DNA of 64,000 nt from Octopus bimaculoides (lineage: Eukaryota): positions 12,905,589 through 12,969,588 of the forward strand of contig NC_068989.1 in assembly GCF_001194135.2 (NCBI RefSeq), written 5' to 3'. Numbering within the stretch: the stretch's first letter is position 1; every line of letters begins with the position of its first letter. A program made the position numbers and the translations under genes. Below the pieces are notes generated by a model that was not told the DNA's origin, did not search any database, and saw only the letters and a list, made by a program, of their open reading frames with translations. Of the stretch, positions 53,672-64,000 are shown piece by piece.

Positions 53672-53676
<5 letters not shown>
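53639..53676 (+). mobile_element. Extreme 3' end (~38 bp) of the same Dong-like family as 35145-36105, followed by a (AAT)n tail
   Basis: AGTGAAAGCACGCACATTATAAAAATAAGACTACTGAATAAT matches the minus-strand 3' UTR end AGTGAAAGCACG----TTATAAAAATAAAACTACTGAATAAT at 35140-35178. Confidence 0.75.
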
Positions 53677-53702
<26 letters not shown>

Positions 53703-53705
<3 letters not shown>

Positions 53706-54130
53706 TCTAAACGCAGAAACCTTAGCACCGCTTGGATAGATTACAAGAAGGCTTTTGACAGTCCTCCATGCATGGATCATCAAGGCTCTGAGAATGTACA
53801 AAGTAGCTCCAACAGTTGTGAATATTGTAACAGTAATCAGGAATTTGTGGTGAACCACCCTCTTTGTAAACCATACAGAAGGATATACCACCTCATCAGA
53901 CATCAGTATAGCCTGTGGTATCTTTCAAGGTGACTCATTATCGCCATTGCCATTCTGCTTCGCTCTGCCTCCATTATCCACACATCTGAATAATGCTAAA
54001 AGAGAGTACAAGATCTTTGACTAGAAACTTAATCATCTACTCTATATGGATGATGTAAAACTGCTTGACAAAAACGACAAAGAATTAGAAAATCGCCTGA
54101 ATATTGTCAAAGAATTCAGCTATAATGTGA
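53703..54130 (+). pseudogene. Internal RT fragment of an R4/Dong-like non-LTR element lying between (TAA)n arrays
   Basis: KSKRRNLSTAWIDYKKAFDS/HAWIIKALRMYKV...W*...GIFQGDSLSPLPFC...*KLNHLLYMDDVKL, with 1 frameshift and 2 stops. Confidence 0.88.
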
Positions 54131-54154
54131 AAGTTATAATGTAAAGAAACCATA

Positions 54155-54219
<65 letters not shown>

Positions 54220-54220
<1 letters not shown>

Positions 54221-54778
54221 TACGCCCTGACGCAATACGAAGCAGTGGCTCTCATGGCTTCTTATCTTAACCGATTGGAAGTGTTATCCTGTACATCGTG
54301 TTGTCCTGGTATAAAAGATGGACTACAGCAAATATTCTACTTAGTACCACTGATTTGTTTGTCACTTGTTTGACATTAAACAGTTGAGCACGTTGCTTAG
54401 TGGCTGACGGTATGTGCATCTCTGATCACGAACAGAAGTAATGAGGGAGCATCATAGTCATATGCTAAGAGGAATTCATTGGGGTTTGGATAATTCACCT
54501 TTGGAAACATGAGTGTTTCATTCAACATTTTTAAACAAACCATATTCAGGAGAACTATGGAGTCTGATGAGCTACTCGACCTGAAGAAAATTCTACCTGG
54601 GCCTCACCTGCAAGCTCATGCGCTGTTACTCTTGGTATGAGAACACTATGTCGCTCACATTCTTCTGATGCATGTGCCTGGTATACCCTTATCAGACGAG
54701 TAGTCATGATGGGTGTACTGGGTTTCGTATATTTTACCCAAGTGTCACTTTGATGGCATGCGCTGCTCTCTCACTCAG
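54220..54778. repeat. ~560-bp non-coding element bounded by (TAA)n on both sides
   Basis: Sharp boundaries against AAT arrays at about 54157-54218 and 54781. It resembles a recalled abundant octopus repeat; I see no ORF and no Pol III boxes. Confidence 0.6.
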
Positions 54779-54780
54779 TA

Positions 54781-54960
<180 letters not shown>

Positions 54961-56108
54961 ACGGAAAACAATAAAACTATGTAGTAGTCTTAAAAATGTT
55001 GTCCACAATGCAAACAAATGACATCCCAGTTTGCCATCTTGTTGCTTCTGTCCTTGCCTGTTAACATTCTATAAACACGTATAGAAATCCCTGTAAGTAG
55101 CGGACTCCCCGATGTCCTGAGTCTATTTTACGTGGTTATGTTTGCTTTACTTGTAATTTTTCATGTTTAAACATATTATACTAAATACATTTCGTTCAAA
55201 GAAACAAACAAAAAAAAAAACTAAAAGAAAGGAAATCATTAACCGGAAGTAAGAAATTGATGTTTAAAATGGTTGAAGCATCATGAAATGATTAACGTGC
55301 TTCTGAACAAAATATTGTCCTGAGGATGTTACTTAATCGCATTATTAGCTTTGCAAACACAAACACGATATTTTCTAGACTCAATTTTTGCAACATTTTG
55401 GTTAGGTTAGTGTCAATTTAAAATCCTAGACAAACGGGAGCCAGTTTACTTGGAAAATTTATGTTAAATCAAAAGTAACAAAAAAAAAAAAAATTAAAAC
55501 AGAATTTAAGTAAATACTACAGAGTTGCAAATATAGGCAGCTTCTGATACTAGAGCTGAAGGAACACCAACAGCAACCGCATCAACCGCAGCAAATAAAA
55601 ATAACGGAAATAGAAAAAAAAAGATCAACAAGAAATGACTTATCTCAACAAACAGGATTACACAGGCAGAAAGAAAATACAGCAATAATACGAATGATAA
55701 CTACGCCTACATCTTCATAGATAAAATGCAACAAAATAAACCACAAAGACTAACAATGACAGCTATAAAAACAACATATTCATTGCGACCAGGCTTCATT
55801 CACACGTGCAAAAATCGTGTGAAACGAATACATATCAAAACATATATCATTAGAATAAATTAATTAATAAAATAAAACTACCAAATAAGAGCATAACGTC
55901 CACTCACTGAGGGAATCGGGCTGCAGTACCGCTTTATTTTGTTCAAAATTTACTCCTTGTTATCGAACAATGAAAGACAATAAGCATTTTCATTTTTAAC
56001 AGGTTCTAGTTTCGTCTCTGTTGTTATCATGCTTTCCACGTCACCTTATAACAGATTTTTCATCTAGCAAACCTAACAAAAAGTCTTCCATCTTGTATAT
56101 GACTCTAG

Positions 56109-56319
56109 AAGGTGTCCACAAAATCTGGGTACATGGGGATTAACACATACTTTAAGAAATTATTATTTCTTATATCTAATTGTTTATATTATGATTTTAT
56201 TTACTCCGTGTACCCACATGGCGATTAACACATACTTTAAGAAATTATCATTTCTTATATTTAATTGATTATGTTATGATTTTATTTACTCCATGTACCC
56301 AGACCTTGTGGACACCCTG
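56109..56319. mobile_element. MITE of the same family as 49209-49334, in opposite orientation, with an internal tandem duplication
   Basis: TIRs AGGTGTCCACAAAATCTGGGTACATGG and CCATGTACCCAGACCTTGTGGACACCCTG|TA. The internal block GATTAACACATACTTTAAGAAATTA...GATTTTATTTACTCC occurs twice. Confidence 0.85.
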
Positions 56320-57572
56320 TATAATGACCTTGAAATCGAAGCAGTTTTGGAGCCAAGTAAGTTGCTTTCAAGGTCTCAACTGCCCCTGAAGATAAAATCT
56401 TCCGAGAAGAAAAGGCATGTTAGTACTTATGAAGAATATACTACGTTCGTCTATCTACTGCTGCTGTTCATTTTTCATTTGTTCCACATCATCGGCAAAC
56501 TATTAAGTATCGGCGATGTTTATGATCACAACTGGAATCACACTTGATTGCTAGTTCCTGTGATTAAGGTCTCTGAAGACATGACTACACACAGTGTCTA
56601 GTAGAAGTGTCATTGGTGATAACTAATACGGGATTGCAGTTCAGTCACTAAGATAAATGAAGAAAGGTACCTGATAGAAAGCTTCCATACCTGTTCATAA
56701 TTCAGGGATGTCTAAATTTTCTGAAACCCCAGCGATCGCTTGCGATCATTAGCTATGGCCATAACGATGCATCTGCCAATAGCACACATGACTTGTGGAA
56801 GGCACCACTTACACAGGAAATAAACTAGCAGATGCTTCAATGTACTTTGTATATGGACTAGTGGGTTATTTGATGCTTATTTTATCAAAGTAACGCTATT
56901 TCTCGTCTTTGTTAATACAAATATTTCTATGAAATATTTAAATATTTATGTATCGAAATGATATAGAACTAGTTATACGATAATCCCACATTCACACAAA
57001 TGTACAAAAACAAATTCACTCCCCCCCACACACACACATGCTGAAACATATTTAATATAGGTAGACCATTTAAGCTTACCCATTTCATATATGTTTTACT
57101 CTATTTTATCAGTTATATTTCCGGCAATACTTACCTTATGGCAATAAAGTGCAAACGGATATGTATTTGAACAGCTTAGCACTCAATCATAATTAGTAGA
57201 CGACAAGGAGAAGATATCAAAAATTGAAAAAAATGATATAACATGCTTATACCGTTAGCGGTTTAGAATACATAAAGTTAATCTGGTTCTAATCTGTATC
57301 CTAATCGATAGATTGGAAACATGGGACTACACAGACTTTTTGCTCAAAAATGCTTGATAAATATTTTTACTTTTTCAGGGGAAGAAAGAATCCTTCTTTG
57401 CAATGAAGTATGTCATCTGAATTTAGATTGTTATAGAATGCCTTTCTATATTATTCTATGATAGAAACATAAGTATTCTCTCTTGAAAAGAGGACAAATA
57501 TGCTCCTTTTATTTCGGTTTTCGTGACTTCACCTATGAACCAGAAGGTACCGAATTCAAGTGAATCTGTGTG

Positions 57573-58055
57573 TATATAATTTCACACAATGCAACAAAAC
57601 AACATGAAGCAGGCTATTCCTGCAGGGATAAAGACTTGTGTCCGCCAAATGGAGCCTGTATGACTCTGGACATTATTTATGAAGCCACGTAAATTGTACG
57701 AACACTAATAACGCAGTTTCATTCAAGAGATATGTGGTTCTCACAGAGGGAAATTTCAAAGTAAGGTTCAACAATCACACCTTACGCTTCAGACACTGGA
57801 ACAAAGGAAAAAAACTACGAAATTATCCAGTTATATATGGTTCTTAAAAGAACAAGGAGTCAGCTACAGAATTTACTGGAAGTTCTTAGCCAAGTGTAAG
57901 CTTTATACCAACGGTAGTAGCAAATGTGGTCTTTGTAATATGAAAAGATGGCTCATCTGGAAAAGTTCGATGGACCCCGCTACATGTCTAAATTTCAGAT
58001 CTGAACTTTTTTGAATCATGTTCACATGTGACAAAATACCTGTTACGGTTTTGGG
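57573..58055 (+). pseudogene. Decayed GIY-YIG endonuclease of a Penelope-like (Neptune-type) retroelement
   Basis: Across three frameshifts: YSCRDKDLCPPNGACMTLDIIYEAT/V...KRYVVLTEGNFKVRFNNH...LSSYIWFLKEQ...W...KCGLCNMK...LNFRSELF/SCSHVTKYLL. This is the PLE pattern CxC..CPLxGxC-IxY-YxG-FKxRxxNH-CxLC-LNxRxE-CxH. Confidence 0.85.
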
Positions 58056-58168
58056 CTCCCCAAGCTCACAAGTACAATCCACATTTTGTTTCTGTTTCTG
58101 CACAAGCTTCCCATATGTCTTAACCAATTTTAATTTACTATTTTTTGTATATATTTTTCATTTGTGTA

Positions 58169-58209
<41 letters not shown>

Positions 58210-58253
58210 TGGTAGTACAATTTTGGTCATAGAAGACTTATGGATCAATATTG

Positions 58254-58436
58254 CCGTAGCGTGAACGCCGGACAAAATTCTTTAGCTGAATTCAAATGCT
58301 GCTGTGGTCGATTTTTTCTCTGCATCCTTTCGGCGTCGATAGGATAAGTATCAATCATTTACAAGTGTCGATGTAATCGACATAGCCCCTCCCACGAAAT
58401 TGCTGGCCTTGTGCCAAAGTTTGGAACCACTATTAC
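58254..58436 (+). mobile_element. SINE type B with an internal deletion
   Basis: AACGCCGGACAAAAT...TTCAAAT...GGTCGATT...CATCCTTTCGGCGTCGATA...AAATTGCTGGCCTTGTGCCAAAGTTTG. Confidence 0.7.
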
Positions 58437-60401
58437 CGTGGATTTGAATACAACCCATGGAATACATATTTCACAAAACACTCATTAAAATAACGAACAG
58501 AATATGTACAAGAATCACCACCACTACTACCTCACAATTTTCATCCTCATCATCATCGTCATTGTCTTCCTCCTTGCACTTTTGCGATCATAATAACAGC
58601 TAATTGAAATGTTATCAACCATTCAGCTGTGACTGCAAATGGACATCAATTCCATTGACTAGTTTCATTTCTATTGATTCTCTCCCAGTAATATTTTAAA
58701 CACTTTCAGCTAAATTAAAAAAAACCTCAATGTATATCATTCAAACTATCTTTCCGGTGTTGTAACACGAAGTTGAAATTAATGGGGTTTATATAAAGAT
58801 GCTAGTTATTAGAAATGGCGTTTCATCTAAGTGCCTCAAACTCTATTTTGAACTTATTCAATCTTCACTTGATTCAAAAAGCATCACTATTGTAAGTAAT
58901 ATGCAGGGATCTTTAGAATCGATTATATTCCATCCATATAGAACTTGGTATTAAGATTAATCAAAAGAATGGGTTGATATGTTTGCGTTAACTCCAAGAA
59001 TTTTTCACATTAATATGATTTGGAAATCCTGATTCGAAATTATTAATCTTCTGAAAGCACGAATAATCTGAGTGAAGTTTAAGAGTATTACGTTAAGTTC
59101 AATGCGTGTAAATTTATTGATTTTTGATAATTCCATGATAAGCAAAGATATTTATAGCAAAGAAACATACGGTGAAGAGATATATGAATACAGAGCATAA
59201 TGGAACAGCAACTGAGTTAGGTTTGCATAAGTATATGGAGGTTTTAGTCAAATTTGTTTATACTAAATTTGTGGTAACGAAATGAGTATTAAAATAACAT
59301 GATTCGCGTTAAAAAAGGATGAATTTTCATTTAACTTTCTACTGAAATATCCTTCACTGAAAAAGAAAAAAAAATGTTTAATTAGTAGAGTCACTTAAGT
59401 AGAGTCTTACTATGATATCCTTTGTAGCTGGCAATTACGTTGCTTGTAGATTTAATTGAAGTAAAAGCTTAATTGAGTTAATTAACACGATACAAATGGG
59501 TGTGGTAGAAATAAAGTGCAAATATATTTTATTTGATTTCTTTCGCTTTGAAGATATCATGTGTTCCAAGTATTCCAGTAGCAAACAAATTCTATTTCTT
59601 CTCTATCGGATGTGCCTCTTCTTACTTATAGCCTCATATTTACATATGTTATCCAAGCCTTCAAACAATGCATGATCACTCCTAACTAATAGATGTGTTA
59701 AATTATATGTATGTCTCTATGTAGAATGGTATGATTATTCGCTTCCAGCAACTCTTACAATGCGTCACGTCGTACAACTACACCAAGACGTTAATCAATT
59801 TCTGAGGAAAACCGTTAGGCAAATCTGAAATTAAAATGACCTCTAGCCTTAGTAATTCTATATTTACTTAAAACTTTTCTATAAGGAGGAACATAGTCTC
59901 TCTTGAGTAATGAGCATGGTTTTTAGTATTTTCGAGTGTCAATATATCAGCGATAGATGTAAATTTTTTTGTTTAAAGTTATTTTTTGTTTAAATTACTA
60001 GTAATTAATTAAAATTGTGAATTACTTCAAGTACATATACTTAATTAATGCTAATACTTTATTTTGAAGATTTAATGCTTTGACAAGTGTTTAGATAGCT
60101 GATAAGCTTAAAAGCAATCTATTTCATTGATTTTCTAAGAGTGCAACAATCACGGTATAGGTCAGTTATAGTTCCATAATGTTGAAAAGCGCTCGATTAC
60201 ATACGCACACAGACGCTCACGATTACCAATGTGTGTATATAAATATATATGGGGGGGGGGTTGTGTGTGTGCTTGAGTGTGTGTGCTGGTGTGTGTAACT
60301 GTGCAAATAAATGTACGTGTTAGTATTGTTTACAAAATCACAGGTATACATGTGAATATATGCATACCTCTAGACGCTTATACATACATATCCAGTCACC
60401 T

Positions 60402-60790
60402 GTGGAGGCGCAATGAATGGCCCAGTGGTTAGGGCAGCGGACTCGCAGTGATAAGATCGTGGTTTCGATTCCCAGACCGGGCGTTGTGAGTGTTTATTGA
60501 GCGAAAACACCTAAAGCTCTACGAGGCTCCGACAGGGGCTGGTGGCAAACCCTGCTGTACTCTTCCACCCCAACTTTCTCTCACTCTTACTTCCTGTTTC
60601 TGTTTGTGCCTGTAATTCAAAGGGTCAGCCTTGTCACACTGTGTCTCGTTGAATATCCCCGAGAACTACGTTAAGGGTACACGTGTCTGTGGAGTGCTCA
60701 GCCACTTGAACGTTAATTTCACGAGCAGGTTGTTCCGTTGATCTGATCAACTGGAACTGTCGACGTCGTAAGCGATGGAGTGCCAACAAT
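60402..60790 (+). mobile_element. Full-length tRNA-derived SINE, type C
   Basis: A-box TGGCCCAGTGG at 60418-60428 and B-box GGTTTCGATTCC at 60461-60472; the body matches 1-333. Confidence 0.88.
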
Positions 60791-61437
60791 AACCAGTCAC
60801 TTACATGTGTTGTGCAAGAAATACCCTTAATTTTGTATCTACGTATCAAGTTCCTTTTATATATATGTTTGTATGTTTCTTGTAGATTCGTCTTGAGAGT
60901 TGCACAGTTCATCATCAAATTTAAGTTGCTACTCATTCCTCTTCTTACAGACGAAATACTGTCACGTATTTCTCTCTGTTTATTGTATCAAAAATATAAT
61001 CGGAGAAATCAGGGGAATAGGTAGTTATGATTTCTATCAGAAGGAGAAGGTGACAATTTTTATCACTTCCAAGTCTCCTTGCAATGTATATTTTATGAAC
61101 ATATTTTTACTTTTCTTCGTATCTTCATTTATCAGAAGCTAATTCACGTTAATGTACTTCATATAAACAGTCCTATTAAAATATCTTAGTCTTCAGATCG
61201 CCTATAACTATACTTTATCGTTATATTTAAAAATAACTGAGAAATAGATTTAAATATCCAGAATGAAATTAACCTTTGGCTTATAAAGAAATCTGTAAAC
61301 GTTATTTTTATAAAACGACATTAATCTATCAATTTTTCGTTCTTTCTATAAATACAGAAAATTATATACATGAGACAAGAATACACCCACATTCATAAAG
61401 AATATGAAACTCAATACAAACACATCTATATTTCACA

Positions 61438-61760
61438 TGTGAGGGCGCGTGTCTTAGTGGTTAGAGCATTTCGCTCGCGATCGTAGGGTCGTGAGTTCAA
61501 TTCCCGGCGACGAGTTGTTTCTTTGAGCAAGACACTTTATTTCATGTTGTTCCAGTCCACTCAGCTGGCAAAAATGAGTAGTATCTGTATTTCAAGGGCT
61601 GGCCTTGTCACACTTTGTGTCACGTTGAATTTCCCTTAGAACTACGTTAAGGATGCAAGTGTATGTTAGGTGCTCAGCCACTTGCACGTTAATTTCATGA
61701 GCAAGCTGTTTCGTTGATCGTATCAGCAGAGACCCACGTCGTCGTAACAGACGGCGTGCT
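61438..61760 (+). mobile_element. tRNA-derived SINE sharing the type C 3' module but with a different head and middle domain
   Basis: A-box TGTCTTAGTGG at 61450-61460 and B-box GAGTTCAATTCC at 61493-61504. Segment 61586-61760 aligns with 60611-60785, but 61505-61585 does not align with type C. Confidence 0.8.
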
Positions 61761-63678
61761 CCTTTTCCGTTAATATTTCACATCCAGAGACGTATAAACA
61801 CACACACGCACAAGTGTGTGAATATGAGAGAATATGCTGAATAAAATCATAATTAACTCATCTTCCTCCGCTCCTTTTTACCCTAAGCATGCCCTGATAG
61901 GTTATAGGTTATATGGCTAAAAACCAATAGTATTCCAATGTGGGAATTTCATATTGCCCCACCTTCATCTGTTATAATTATTAGAACATTTCTAGAAATC
62001 ACAACTTGCAACTTTAGAAATGGAACGCCTTTCCTGCAACAGCTAAGTAATATAAACATCTCAAACAATGGAATAAAAGAAATTCTATGCCCTGGGAAAG
62101 AAAACAAGTGAATCGTTTCGGGTAAAACACTTCATTGCGAAGGCAGAGGAAATGTCAACTAGTTGACATTTCATCTGATTCCTTAGCATATAAAATTAAT
62201 TCTACTCTTTGGCTATCCATAATTGTACAATGGTTCGTGTTTACAGTTGAAAACTATTTGGTTATAATGGAGCTCATCTTGATCAGGTTTAACTGGGGGT
62301 TAAACAACAGACATTACAGATCTATCATCGGTCGTATATTATACATAATTATAGCGTTATAGTAAATATTCCTTTACTTTTCTACACCTCCATGCTTTTA
62401 TTTATGTATAAGGAGGTTCAATATTAATTTCTATTGTAGATGGAAAGAAGATCAATAGCACGTGATGACAATTTAATTAAACGTCTTTTCTTCATAGTTA
62501 ATTTCTATTCTATAACATGGTAGACATTTTGAAAATTCCTTAGGAGTAACCTCCTCAGAGAAATTTAATTTTAATTTAATTCTATAGCAATTCTGACATT
62601 AAGCACTTTTATAAGTGTTTTGTTACGGTCAAAATCTCAGTCAGTCAAAGTGGATTTATTTGTTCAGACATTATTTACAAAATTGCAAATGTATTTAGAG
62701 AATGGTTTCTTTCTTTGCATTAGTTATTTTATTCCTTGGTAGCTGTTCTTGTTATCATTGTTTTTTTGTTTTGTTTTTTTTTTACAGCGGTTTCTTTTTC
62801 TGTCTTTAAGTTTCTTTTGTAATTCAGAAATGAAACGTCTGAAATAAAAGTGAAAGCAAATTTAATAATTTTCTTGGCGTCGTTCTATGAAATGCAATAA
62901 AGAAATTTTGTTTTTCACAAACTTTCGCTGTTTTATATTATACACATCCACAAATTAAGATACACATACGTTTTGGATGTGTGTGTGTGAATTCCATTAC
63001 GTCTGCATGTAAGTGTCTTTATGTATGCGTGTGTATAAATTTCTATTCACGTATGGGTGTCTTTATGTTTCACTACATATTTTTATGAACAAATGTATAT
63101 TCTGTATTAATGTGTGCGGTGCATGTATACAAATATGTTTATGTATGCAAGCTCATATATATTTATATTTGTTTATGTGTATGTGTGTGTGTGCATACGA
63201 GTGTGTGTATGCGTACCTATTCGCTTATGTGTATATAAGACCATATGTTACGTAGCTGTGTGGGATAAGAAAAATTTTAATCCGGCAGATTTATTAATTG
63301 AATTTCTTTTGAAAACCTCCAAGTAGCTTTTTAGTCATTAAGATGTCTGCGCTTGTACGTATATAAATAAGCAAGCGTACTCACACACAATCCAGACACA
63401 TACAGATCGCGCGCACACAAAACACACGCACACACACACAAAGGACATACACACATACTATATTCGTATATAGTGATATGAGTGTGCATATATTCAATGT
63501 AAGCACATAGATTCCTATAACACTCAAAATATATATTCTACCCACATCATTACAGTGTTTCTCATATGTATATTAACATTTGTAGATGTATGTATGTGTA
63601 TGTGTAAACGTAGGTATTTATGTATGTATATATGTATGTGTCTATGTATGTCTCTGATTGTATGTGTGTGTTTGTGTA

Positions 63679-63709
<31 letters not shown>

Positions 63710-64000
63710 NNNNNNNNNNNNNNNNNNNNNNNNNNNNNNNNNNNNNNNNNNNNNNNNNNNNNNNNNNNNNNNNNNNNNNNNNNNNNNNNNNNNNNNNNNN
63801 NNNNNNNNNNNNNNNNNNNNNNNNNNNNNNNNNNNNNNNNNNNNNNNNTATACATATGTATTGGTCTGCGTTTCTGAGTGCGTATATATATATAAATGAA
63901 CGGTTATCTTTGTACATATAGACTACTGTAAAGCCTATTAGATAAATGGTTATAGAGGAAAAGCGGAGATGCATAAATTTGATTTTTATGAGATATTTAT

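Noticed and set aside
54563-54600. CTGATGAGCTACTCGAC, a second hammerhead-like core
   Set aside because: The stem is only 3 bp, is followed by GAC rather than GAAA, and has no stem I partner.

Overview
AT-rich, repeat-dense eukaryotic (animal) DNA from a gapped scaffold, with 16 N-runs, most bordered by TA/CA/CT/AAT microsatellites. The SINE and microsatellite content resembles an octopus genome; this is inference from recalled repeat sequences, not a database check. I found no convincing host protein-coding gene, so the window is probably intergenic or intronic, and nearly all ORF-track entries are microsatellite or N-gap artefacts. Supported features: (1) three R4/Dong-like non-LTR retrotransposon pieces (RT and/or restriction-like endonuclease), one flanked on both sides by (TATG)n and two associated with (TAA)n; (2) a decayed Penelope-like GIY-YIG endonuclease; (3) Tc1/mariner-type MITEs and a transposase 3' remnant; (4) many copies of at least four tRNA-derived SINE types, labelled A-D here. 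The most interesting item is SINE D at 31731-32020: a tRNA-like Pol III head, an internal (TAA)n tract and a 3' module holding a complete minimal, Penelope-type (dimer-dependent) hammerhead ribozyme motif at 31912-31957. Repeat boundaries were set by eye and may be off by about 10-20 bp.
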